This document shows, in pieces, positions 27,674-36,211 of a stretch of DNA of 49,196 nucleotides. Origin of the DNA: Spirochaetota bacterium (GTDB taxonomy: Bacteria > Spirochaetota > UBA4802 > UBA5550); contig JBNKTL010000038.1 in NCBI GenBank assembly GCA_050298055.1, forward strand, positions 1 to 49,196. The letters run 5' to 3'. The notes below the pieces were generated by a model. The model was not told the origin of the DNA. It did not search any database and saw only the letters and a program-made list of their open reading frames with translations. How positions within the stretch are numbered: the stretch's first letter is position 1; each line of letters starts with the position of its first letter. The position numbers were made by a program, and so were the translations under genes.

Positions 27674-28918
27674 TCACTTCCTGTGTTTCATTGTTTCCAT
27701 GAAGGCATCGATCCTTGTCCCGATCTGGCTCTCGCTGAATGAGCGCTCATCAACCATGTCCGCCTCAATGATCAGCACGGGGAGGTCAAGGTCTTTAGCT
27801 ATCATTCTCCGGAGATCATACTGGCCGAAGGAGTAGGGCTTGCAGCTCCTGTTGGAGTGCATGACGATACCGTCGGTGCTGTATTTTTTCACCAGTTTCT
27901 TTATTGTCTCATACATCCTGTCGATTGAGAGGTTCAGGTAGACACTGGAGTAGGCTATGGCCATGGATTCCAGGATCTTCTTCTCATCCAGGAGATGAAG
28001 GGTCCCGGTCCACGCGGTGGTGTATGTGTCCGCAACAAGGCAGGCGTTATGGGAGGCAAAGGTGTCGGAGAGCCACCGTGTCTTATACCAGAGGGGCAGG
28101 TTGTCCCAGAGGAGCCTGTACTCTTCCTTTGGGACGGCGCCGATCCCATCTTTGATCCTCTGGTTCATTTCTGCCTTAAGGCCGGCGTAGTAATCGATTA
28201 CCTGCTGCTGACCCCTGAGGGTCACGATAAGCGCAAGGTGGAAGAAGGCGTCAAAGGCGGACATGGGCGCCGGTCTGTGCATGGTTGTCTCCAGCACCTC
28301 CTGCCAGAGCTTCTGTCCTTCAATGGAGAGCCTCCCCGTCTCTTCCATCCTGTCCATGTCCATCTTCTTCCCGCAGACTTTTTCCAGGAACAGGATATAC
28401 TCTTTAATCTGGCTTATGACGTACTCCTTTGCCTCTTCACTGAATTCCGTATGGATAAAGGGTGTGTCGAAGATAAAGAGGGGGATATCATAATGCCGGG
28501 CCTGTACCTCGTACCATTTCATGACAGTGCCGCAGATGTTGTTGCTGCAGACGAGGAAGTCGGGTTTCGGCAGCCCCCCGATAGGGCCCCCGTTGACGGT
28601 GGAAGCGGCAATATCGGCCCGGGCGTATGAGCAGATCTCCCGGGAATACCCCATCTCCTCGGCCTTTTCGCAGAGGTCCACCCCCATCTTGCTGGCGCCG
28701 ATCATGGCCCCGTGGTTTTCCGGGTAGACCGGTATCACGTCCATTGCGATAAGGGGCTCTACGGGACCGCCACTGGTTATCCAGGCGACTTTTTTGTTCT
28801 GCTGTTCGGCGGTCTTTGCCTCGATATAGTAGGCCGTCATGATCTCTTTCATCTTTTTGACGGACTTGATCTTTCTCTTTTCCCTTTCGGGGTCTCTTGG
28901 TTTTGTTTCCGCGGTCAT
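27674..28918 (-). CDS. 2-hydroxyacyl-CoA dehydratase subunit (HgdA/BcrB-like)
   Basis: YPENHGA, EICSYAR, PKPDFLVCSNNICGTVMKWYE, NRSCKPYSFGQ, TRIDAFME. Confidence 0.9.
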   Translation of the reverse strand: MTAETKPRDPEREKRKIKSVKKMKEIMTAYYIEAKTAEQQNKKVAWITSGGPVEPLIAMDVIPVYPENHGAMIGASKMGVDLCEKAEEMGYSREICSYARADIAASTVNGGPIGGLPKPDFLVCSNNICGTVMKWYEVQARHYDIPLFIFDTPFIHTEFSEEAKEYVISQIKEYILFLEKVCGKKMDMDRMEETGRLSIEGQKLWQEVLETTMHRPAPMSAFDAFFHLALIVTLRGQQQVIDYYAGLKAEMNQRIKDGIGAVPKEEYRLLWDNLPLWYKTRWLSDTFASHNACLVADTYTTAWTGTLHLLDEKKILESMAIAYSSVYLNLSIDRMYETIKKLVKKYSTDGIVMHSNRSCKPYSFGQYDLRRMIAKDLDLPVLIIEADMVDERSFSESQIGTRIDAFMETMKHRK

Positions 28919-30057
28919 TCTTTCTCACTCCTTTCGTCCGAGAGCATCTCTACGAATGTCTCAAAGCGTGTTTTCAGCTGCCCGAAGGACTGGTTCTGTT
29001 CATCAATCTCAAGGAGGAGTGTGGGGACACCAAGCTTCTCCATGGATTCCTTCAGGTAGGGATAATCGAACGCCTGGGGGTCGCAGAACTTCAGGTAGAT
29101 GAATATCACACCCGCGGCGTTCTTTTCCTTTACCAGCTTTACCAGGTTCTCTCCCCGGGATGTTGACGTCATGTGTTTTGCCGGGCAGACATTTCTCTCG
29201 ATATACCGGTACGCGATCCCCTCAATAGGGTCCCTGGTCTCATGGATCATCCCGGTGAAGAACCGGGTCCCCGTGCAGAGATCATCCCAGATGACTGCTC
29301 CACCGGAGTCCTCCAGGAGCGAATAGATGTCGGGATGGCTGCATAGTCCCCCTGCAAGGAGTATCCTCTTATAACTTTTTCCGCTTTCATCAATCTTTTT
29401 CTCAAGGGCCTCAAGGAGCTCTTTAAGTTTCAGGAGATACTCGTTTCTCTCCATGATCATCCCCGCCTTTATGACCCGGTATATGTCCTGCCCGGATACC
29501 AGGCCCGGGCTGCCGCTTTTCAGGGTGTAGATATCTGTCAAAAGCTTTCGGATGCTGTTGTAGAGCCTGATACTATCCGTAAGCTTCTCATCACTTATTG
29601 TTATACCGAAACTTTTTTCAATATCCCTCCTGAACTTTTTGAAGACATCAACGGCATATTTTCGTGAACTCTCCGTGTCAAGCTTCACCGGGAGGACAAT
29701 GTCCAGGTGGACGGGGAAGCCGGCATTGATCCTCCAGATGTCCGAGAGCCTCTGGATGGAATCGCAGGTATGGGGAAAGACCGTTCCCGAGAGGAACGAA
29801 AGCCTTCCCGCAAGGGCCTCCTCAAGCCCGCCCCTCACAAGGGAACAGCAGTAGCTCTGCAGGTATGAGTCCGCCAGGGTGATATTCTCCTCTGTCCCGA
29901 ATATCCTGAAGGGGAGAAAATCCGCCGCGTGGAGTATCTCTTCCGGAGTATATGTGCAGAAATACCCAACGGCTTTTTTCCCCGTCTCTTCGGCGGTTTT
30001 TATTGCGTAGCCGTAGGGGTCTTCGGTGACTTCTCTGAAAATTTCCAGTTCTTTCAT
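28915..30057 (-). CDS. 2-hydroxyacyl-CoA dehydratase subunit (HgdB/BcrC-like)
   Basis: GYFCTYTPEEILHAA, HTCDSIQR, DDLCTGTR, LKFCDP, QLKTRFETFVEM. Confidence 0.9.
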   Translation of the reverse strand: MKELEIFREVTEDPYGYAIKTAEETGKKAVGYFCTYTPEEILHAADFLPFRIFGTEENITLADSYLQSYCCSLVRGGLEEALAGRLSFLSGTVFPHTCDSIQRLSDIWRINAGFPVHLDIVLPVKLDTESSRKYAVDVFKKFRRDIEKSFGITISDEKLTDSIRLYNSIRKLLTDIYTLKSGSPGLVSGQDIYRVIKAGMIMERNEYLLKLKELLEALEKKIDESGKSYKRILLAGGLCSHPDIYSLLEDSGGAVIWDDLCTGTRFFTGMIHETRDPIEGIAYRYIERNVCPAKHMTSTSRGENLVKLVKEKNAAGVIFIYLKFCDPQAFDYPYLKESMEKLGVPTLLLEIDEQNQSFGQLKTRFETFVEMLSDERSEKE

Positions 30058-30078
30058 CTTTTCCTCTGTTATATGCGG

Positions 30079-30669
30079 TTATTTAAGCGAGGCCTCACCC
30101 CACCAGTCGGGGGTGGCGGATCTTACACTGGGGTCTTTTCCCAGCTTCTCTGCCATGTGGAGGCTTTCCCTGCCGGGAGGGGATTTGATGAGATAGATAT
30201 TACCGAAAGCGGAAATCTGCCTGAGGATCACCAGCTTGTTTCCCCCTGCCCAGCTCTTAACATCCTCCCTTGACATCTCCTTTGCCATGACAACGATGAT
30301 GCCTCCCTTCAGGATGCGCCTGCTTCCCGTAATGGTCCTGAGAACCGGGAGATATTTTCCCTTCAGTTCAGGGGGGATCACTCCCTTTGCGAGGCTTTTT
30401 CTTAAGCCGCTGTTTTTCACCCTGAAGATCCGTACCTCCGGTGATTTTTTAACAAGCTGTGAATTTGCGTACCTTCTTTTCAGTGTTCCCGGAAACCCGG
30501 TATCCTCTGTTTTCAGCTCCGCGATCTCATCACCGGAGAAGGTGAGCCTGATCTTGCTCCTGCCGTCCTTCATGACGATATAATCCGTTTCCTGGGAAAA
30601 GATAAGCGCCGGTATGAATACTGCCAGCATGGACAGGATAAGGATATATTTTTTTAATTTTATGTTCAT
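30079..30669 (-). CDS. Exported protein, putative external chaperone/propeptide of the adjacent S8 protease
   Basis: Sec signal MNIKLKKYILILSMLAVFIPALIFS (ATG 30669, GGAG RBS, 4 nt after the protease stop); C-terminal propeptide-like pattern GGIIVV..NIYLIKSP..SLHMAEKL..VRSATPDWW. Confidence 0.65.
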   Translation of the reverse strand: MNIKLKKYILILSMLAVFIPALIFSQETDYIVMKDGRSKIRLTFSGDEIAELKTEDTGFPGTLKRRYANSQLVKKSPEVRIFRVKNSGLRKSLAKGVIPPELKGKYLPVLRTITGSRRILKGGIIVVMAKEMSREDVKSWAGGNKLVILRQISAFGNIYLIKSPPGRESLHMAEKLGKDPSVRSATPDWWGEASLK

Positions 30670-30673
30670 GATG

Positions 30674-32236
30674 TTATCTCCCGTAGAATGTGAGGCTCCA
30701 GTCATCAAGGGTGCCTGTGGTTCCATTATTCAGGTCCTTCACCGTAAGTTCCCAGGTCCCATCGGCGGATTCACCCAGGTGACGGGCGGAACCGAAGGGG
30801 AAGGTGTTCCCGCCGTTGAAGTAAGTACAAGCCGTCTGAGTGCCGTAATAACAGGCCCCGTTCCGGGTGCTGACCCAGCAGGTATGGGATTCCGCCAGGA
30901 TACTTTCAGTCCCGGCAGGTGAGGTGAGGGTGATCTCAATGTCCCCGGCGTCAGCGTGGGTGATTGATGTTGTAATAACAACGTATTCTATGCTGTTCAC
31001 GTTTGAGCCGGATATGGTGATGTTGTTGCTTATCCCGGTGGGGTTATTGTCGGGTATTGTGGTGCCGAGAGGTCCCGATGAGTATTCCGGTGTCGTTATC
31101 ATGGTACCCACATTGCTCCAGATCTTGGCAAGCTCAACTGCGGCATAGGCGTCGATGACCCCGAAACCGTACTTGTAGTTGATCCAATAACCTGTCCCTC
31201 CCTGGTTCTGAACCCATTCGGAGTCACCGGGGTCTATCTGCCGGGCGGATTGCACCAGGATGAGTTTTACATCCCTCCAGGTAAGGTCAGGGTTGGCTTC
31301 CAGGATAAGGGCAATGACCCCCGAGACCAGCGGTGTGGCGGAAGAAGTTCCCCCGAAATCATCAGTGTAATTGGTATTGGTGTCTCCATAGAACCCGGTT
31401 ATATCGGTGGTAGTGATCCCCTTGGAGCCTCCGTCGGAATGGGCAGAGATCCAGATATTGGCCCCCCTTTCCGAGTAGTATGACCTTATCCCGGTGTTGG
31501 TGACGGCGGCAACGGCTATCACCCCGTGGTGATTGGCATACCCGTCGTAGTTTGAGTTGTCAACCTCCGCGCTGCAGCTTCCGTTGCCCCCCGCCCAGGT
31601 ATAGATTATTCCCTTTCCTCCCCGACCGGTGGAAAGCCCCTCTTCTATGCCTAACTTCCAGGCGGAAGTGGAGTCTTCAATCTGCCCGGTGTAGTCCACG
31701 GGGCCCCAGCTGTTACTGGATATATCAACAATCTCCTTCTTTCGGGTCATGGCGTCCAGCTGGTTAAGAGAAGTATATGCGAGCAGGAGGTTGTAGTTAA
31801 AGATACTGGCCTCGGGAGCGGCCCCTCTCCCGCCGTAGGGGTTGTTATGCACGGCGGCGGCCACACCCGCTACCGAGGTCCCGTGCTCACCGGGATAGAC
31901 AAAAATTCCCCCGGTAAGGTAGTTGTAGTTAAGATTTTGAACAACATTTGCATGAAGGTCCTCATGGTCCGTATCGAGACCGTCGTCAATGATGGCAATA
32001 GAGACGCCGCTTCCGTAGTAGCCGTCATTCCATACCGGCTCCACGTTGATATCCTCGCCTGCGGTGCCCCCTCCCTGCCCGGTGTTATTCAGGTGCCACT
32101 GGTCTGTGTAGAGAGGATCGGGGTTGAAATTATCCACTGCTGGGGGATCTACCGGGTTTTCCTTTATGCAGCCCGGGAGAAGCAGTCCCAGGAGAAGGAG
32201 GACCGGGATATATGATTTGATGTTTGATTTTTTCAA
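30674..32236 (-). CDS. Kexin/furin-like S8 serine protease lipoprotein with P-domain, no N-terminal propeptide
   Basis: Lipobox LPG-C; DPLYTDQWHL; catalytic motifs IIDDG, HGTSVAG, GGTSSATP; oxyanion AGGNG; P-domain HADAGDIEITLTSPAGT...GTWELTVKD. Confidence 0.92.
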   Translation of the reverse strand: MKKSNIKSYIPVLLLLGLLLPGCIKENPVDPPAVDNFNPDPLYTDQWHLNNTGQGGGTAGEDINVEPVWNDGYYGSGVSIAIIDDGLDTDHEDLHANVVQNLNYNYLTGGIFVYPGEHGTSVAGVAAAVHNNPYGGRGAAPEASIFNYNLLLAYTSLNQLDAMTRKKEIVDISSNSWGPVDYTGQIEDSTSAWKLGIEEGLSTGRGGKGIIYTWAGGNGSCSAEVDNSNYDGYANHHGVIAVAAVTNTGIRSYYSERGANIWISAHSDGGSKGITTTDITGFYGDTNTNYTDDFGGTSSATPLVSGVIALILEANPDLTWRDVKLILVQSARQIDPGDSEWVQNQGGTGYWINYKYGFGVIDAYAAVELAKIWSNVGTMITTPEYSSGPLGTTIPDNNPTGISNNITISGSNVNSIEYVVITTSITHADAGDIEITLTSPAGTESILAESHTCWVSTRNGACYYGTQTACTYFNGGNTFPFGSARHLGESADGTWELTVKDLNNGTTGTLDDWSLTFYGR

Positions 32237-32582
32237 TAGAGACTCATCCTTGAAGTATTAAAAAAGATACAGGAGTAGGATTCACTGATAATCGTTTTCA
32301 TAAAATTTTATTCATGTTGTTGGCTATTTACCAAAATTAATCAATATGTAGTATTATATCAACTATCTTTTAAAAAGAGCTAATAATATTCACTATGGGC
32401 GTGAATTAAATTCCAGGAAATTATGGTATAATTGTACTTTTTGCAAAAAGTTTTAATTAATCCTGGTCCTCAATCGTATTAATATTTGGGAAGAATATTG
32501 CTATTCCCGCTTTTTACAATGAGAGGATGGATAATATGAAAACAACTATTAATGCAGCTCTTCAGTATTTATTTCTGAAAAC

Positions 32583-33071
32583 TCATAATTCCCATTTCCC
32601 AATTTTATGATTAGAGATAGTAATCCTGCCTGTTGATACTTCAAATTCAACGGTCCTGCTTATATTTTTTCCTGTGTCCTCTTTGGATATTCTTATTCCG
32701 ATCTCATTGAGAAGCTTCTTCGTGTTTTTTATGTTATTTTCCCCGATCTTGAAAAAGTCCTGGTCTTCGCATATTGACGCGCCGCCTATGATATATGCCT
32801 TGAGTTTTTTCCTCTCAATTCCGGGGGAACATTTCTGTATTTTTTTAAGAATTTCCGGAACACATGTATCAACAAAATATCCCGGTTTTTTTATACTCTT
32901 TTCCCTGTTGACCTTTGAGTTTGAGAGGGCAATATGGGCCATCCCGCCGGTTTCGGTTTTTTCATCATAGAGAATCAACGCAATGCATGAGCCGAGGGCA
33001 TAGGTCTTCAGGATCGCGTTTTTTTGGTTTGTGACGCTGATATCGCCAATTCCTACATTGATTAAAGACAT
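32583..33071 (-). CDS. cheD: Chemoreceptor glutamine deamidase CheD
   Basis: YALGSCIAL, GGMAHI, IIGGA, IGENN, EDTGKNISRTV. Confidence 0.9.
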   Translation of the reverse strand: MSLINVGIGDISVTNQKNAILKTYALGSCIALILYDEKTETGGMAHIALSNSKVNREKSIKKPGYFVDTCVPEILKKIQKCSPGIERKKLKAYIIGGASICEDQDFFKIGENNIKNTKKLLNEIGIRISKEDTGKNISRTVEFEVSTGRITISNHKIGKWEL

Positions 33072-33083
33072 TACACCGTTTCC

Positions 33084-33770
33084 TTATATCTTTTTATTGG
33101 CTTCTTCAATAATTTTATCAATCAAATCGTTTGATATTCCCTTCCGGGAGAAAGAATCTTTAAGCTCCTCCGAATAGCGGGCTATGTTCGAGAGTAACTC
33201 ACGCTGCCGGATAATGACATTCTCCCAGTTCTTTTGACTCTTAAAAAAGATGTCGATCTTCAGATCTATTGATTTCAGGAGTTTGTGCCTTTCATCCTCT
33301 GTATAGACGTCACTGTTATCAAGAAAGTCCAGCAGTTCGTTGTGGAAGTCCTTGTATATGGTTATGGTGTTTTCAGGATTTAAATATGTCTTGTATTCCA
33401 GCAGCCGGTTAACGGTGCTTATGAATTCATCTCGTGTAAAGGGTTTCGTGAGATAATCGAATGCGCCCATTTTCATGGCCCTGATTGAGGTTTCTACCGT
33501 AGCATAGCCTGTCATCATTATCGTCTCGGTACAGGGGAGGTTCTTCTGTATATACTCCAGTAGTATCATGCCTCCTTCATGGTCCTCCAGGTCAATTCCG
33601 GGCATGTTTTTATCGGTTATAACAATTTCATAGTTTTTTGATTCCAGAAGTTTGATTGCGGACGTAACGTCTTCCGCGCTGTCAACTTCATACTCGAAAT
33701 CGGAAAGGTAGGCGATCAGGAGATCTCTTGTTGTATCAGAGTCATCTACTATGAGAAATCTTTCAGCCAT
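33084..33770 (-). CDS. Response regulator receiver protein with helical C-terminal extension
   Basis: LIVDD, ITDKNMP, MMTGY, GAFDYLTKPF; no recognisable DNA-binding domain. Confidence 0.88.
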   Translation of the reverse strand: MAERFLIVDDSDTTRDLLIAYLSDFEYEVDSAEDVTSAIKLLESKNYEIVITDKNMPGIDLEDHEGGMILLEYIQKNLPCTETIMMTGYATVETSIRAMKMGAFDYLTKPFTRDEFISTVNRLLEYKTYLNPENTITIYKDFHNELLDFLDNSDVYTEDERHKLLKSIDLKIDIFFKSQKNWENVIIRQRELLSNIARYSEELKDSFSRKGISNDLIDKIIEEANKKI

Positions 33771-33990
33771 TGTATTCCCCCTGAAGTCTGGATTGTGAGA
33801 TATGCATTAATCTCTCTAATACTTAATTAAAAACTGTAATAATTCAAGCTAAAAATATTTTTAAGCAGATTTAAAAATTTTGAGAATAAATTGCGCTGAA
33901 TTGTTATAAATAAAAAAAACTGGTTGCACGGTATCCTGATTTTCATATTATGATCCGATAATTATAATAAATTATAGAGGGAGTTTTTTC

Positions 33991-34350
33991 ATGACAGATG
34001 GAAATATCCAGAACAGAAGAAGGGGCCCTGACGTCCTGGTCAAGGCTATTCAGTTTTTCTCAATTCTTTCCTGGCTTTTTATTTTCGTTTTACTGATTTT
34101 CTTTTCACTGGCCAAACCGAAATTCCAGGGATTTGGAAAAGGAATGTCAGCGGTACAGTCGGGAAGCTGGAACACATTTTTTCTCGATTCAATTCTCTAT
34201 GTTTTGATCGCGCAATTTCTTGTCTGTTTTTTTGGGCTGCTGTTTAATGCCAACAGGGTGAAAAGGAAAACCGATCAATTCAGCAAGTCTCTTATATTCT
34301 TTTCCGTTATGTCGTTAATTGGTGCCGTGCTGTTCGGTCTCTTAAGATAA
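33991..34350 (+). CDS. Hypothetical 3-TM membrane protein
   Basis: GAGGGAG RBS; NRRRGPD followed by three hydrophobic segments. Confidence 0.75.
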   Translation: MTDGNIQNRRRGPDVLVKAIQFFSILSWLFIFVLLIFFSLAKPKFQGFGKGMSAVQSGSWNTFFLDSILYVLIAQFLVCFFGLLFNANRVKRKTDQFSKSLIFFSVMSLIGAVLFGLLR

Positions 34351-34503
34351 CAGTCTCCCTGGCGGATATTTACAGGGGGCAGAACTTCCCGGGTATTATC
34401 GCCGGCCGTCGGGAGCCCTGCTAAAACGGGGAAGAAAGATGACAATGCTGTTTTAATCTCTCTCTTCAGGCATGATTATCGGGAAGCTGATAAAAGAAAA
34501 GTG

Positions 34504-34698
34504 CTATTTATCATTTCCATTATTTATAGTTGCTGCCTTTGTAAAATCTATGTATTCTCCGCATGACGAACACTTTTTCTTCTTATCAAATTCATCGGAG
34601 AAGATCTCATTTACCTTGTTGCACCTGGGACATTTACAGGTAAATGACTGCAGATGTTTAAATTGTTCAAAACCGGGACAGTGCTGTGGTGTTATCAT
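34504..34698 (-). CDS. Small Cys-rich (zinc-ribbon-like) protein
   Basis: HCPG, CKCPRC..EIFSDE..CSSCG; GAGGAGG RBS upstream. Confidence 0.75.
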   Translation of the reverse strand: MITPQHCPGFEQFKHLQSFTCKCPRCNKVNEIFSDEFDKKKKCSSCGEYIDFTKAATINNGNDK

Positions 34699-35007
34699 AA
34701 TCGATACCTCCTCTCAATTTACTCCGGAAGAAATAACTGCTTTGAATTAATATAGTGAATAATCCCGGAACATGTCAAAGAAAATGAAGTGTAAAAAGTC
34801 TTTCACTTTTTTACCAGAACTTTACACGGATGTTCAGTAATTAGTTCTTTTTTTTAAATCATTACCGCTAATCTTCTTTACTTTACCGCTGTTTTCCGGT
34901 ATATATTAATGTGTGGAATATTAAAATTTGAAGAAAGTTTTTAAGATTGTAACCGGGAGAGGAAAAGCTCTTTAAAATTTTGAAATGATTTAAAACAGGA
35001 TGATAGA

Positions 35008-35418
35008 ATGGCCACTGTAAATGATATCTGGAACGAGAAATTTAATGTGGGGATCGACCTTATTGATGAACATCACAAAAACCTTCTGGGAATTATCCTG
35101 GATCTTCAGAGGTCTCTGAGGTCGGAAAGGATCAACCACAAGGTGATCAAAGACACGCTCAACGAACTGGTAAGCTATACCAAGTATCACTTCTCCGCGG
35201 AAGAGAAGCTCATGAGGAAGTTTAAGTATCCGGAATTTGATACACATGTGAAAGAGCACCTGAAGTTTGTTGAGGAAGTAGAGTGGCTTATTGTGAAGTA
35301 TGAACAGAACCAGGAGGATATCAATATTGAGATGCTCAATTTTCTCAAGGAGTGGCTGGTGAAGCATATCCTGGTTACGGACAAGGGGTACAGCAGTCTC
35401 TTGCAGGGAAAAGTCTAA
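35008..35418 (+). CDS. Bacteriohemerythrin
   Basis: IDEHHKNL, HFSAEEKLM, HVKEH, WLVKHILVTD di-iron ligands. Confidence 0.93.
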   Translation: MATVNDIWNEKFNVGIDLIDEHHKNLLGIILDLQRSLRSERINHKVIKDTLNELVSYTKYHFSAEEKLMRKFKYPEFDTHVKEHLKFVEEVEWLIVKYEQNQEDINIEMLNFLKEWLVKHILVTDKGYSSLLQGKV

Positions 35419-35464
35419 ACACTCTATTCAGCCACGGATCTTCACGGATTGTAAGTTTTTACGG

Positions 35465-36199
35465 TTACTTTTTGCCTACAGCTGCAATATAGAGAACAAA
35501 GCGTTTTTCACCATCCAGTTCAAGCACCCTGTTAAGGTATTCGTCTGAGAATGCGGCTATGGCGCACGCTCCGCACCCCACGGCCTCCGCTCCGAGGTAG
35601 AGGTTCTGGCATACATGTCCCGCGTCCAGAAAGATATACCTGTAACCTCTTTCTCCATATCTCCATGTCATCCTGTAGATATCCGCGACCCAGATAAATG
35701 TACACCCGCTCCTGCTCACCATTGTCTGCCCCAGGCAGCTTTCGGTGATAAGGAGTGAAATGTCACTTGCCATGTTTACCGGAACCAGCGCATGTTCGAG
35801 GGCAAGGTACCTGTAAAGACCGGGCTCGATCCCCTTCACCCTGTTGATGAGAAGGAAGGTCTCCAGTGCGTGACGTGCCCCCGCGGAAGGGACAGTCCTC
35901 AGTGTGGCGCTCCCCGGAATGACCTCCTTGACGCCCTGTGTTATCCAGAGGAGATATGCCAGCTCTTCCAGGGAAAGGGGGGTGTCTGTATACTGCCTGA
36001 CGCTTCTTCGACGGTTTATGGCCTCCGTGAGGTCAATGACCGGTATCTCTTTACCGGCTGCATCCGGGAGGCCGATAAGCCGGGCACCCTGTTCAGCCGG
36101 TATTTCAAAGGGAGGAATTCTCTTCCCCTTTGACTGGTCAGATTGCTTGAGATACTTGAAGCTGGTTTTTTCAATAAATTCCTTTCCCGTACCTGTCAT
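35465..36199 (-). CDS. SagB/ThcOx-type nitroreductase family protein
   Basis: RRSVRQY, RTVPSAGARHALE, PGLYRY, YGERGYRY..LDAGHVCQNLYL. Confidence 0.9.
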   Translation of the reverse strand: MTGTGKEFIEKTSFKYLKQSDQSKGKRIPPFEIPAEQGARLIGLPDAAGKEIPVIDLTEAINRRRSVRQYTDTPLSLEELAYLLWITQGVKEVIPGSATLRTVPSAGARHALETFLLINRVKGIEPGLYRYLALEHALVPVNMASDISLLITESCLGQTMVSRSGCTFIWVADIYRMTWRYGERGYRYIFLDAGHVCQNLYLGAEAVGCGACAIAAFSDEYLNRVLELDGEKRFVLYIAAVGKK

Positions 36200-36211
36200 C
36201 GTATTTTTCCT

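Noticed and set aside
30670..30726. Track start 30726 for the chaperone-like gene (similarly 44736, 45506 and 27673 for other genes)
   Set aside because: Downstream ATGs have RBSs, give proper signal peptides or family N-termini, and avoid overlaps
34351..34430. GC-rich hairpins between convergent genes as a candidate ncRNA (SRP, riboswitch or SECIS)
   Set aside because: No SRP GGAA-loop motif, no recognisable aptamer and no in-frame TGA in neighbouring genes; more likely terminator-type structure
35465..36199. RiPP (thiazole/oxazole-modified peptide) cluster suggested by the SagB-type gene
   Set aside because: No YcaO cyclodehydratase or precursor; stand-alone SagB-type nitroreductases are common in anaerobes
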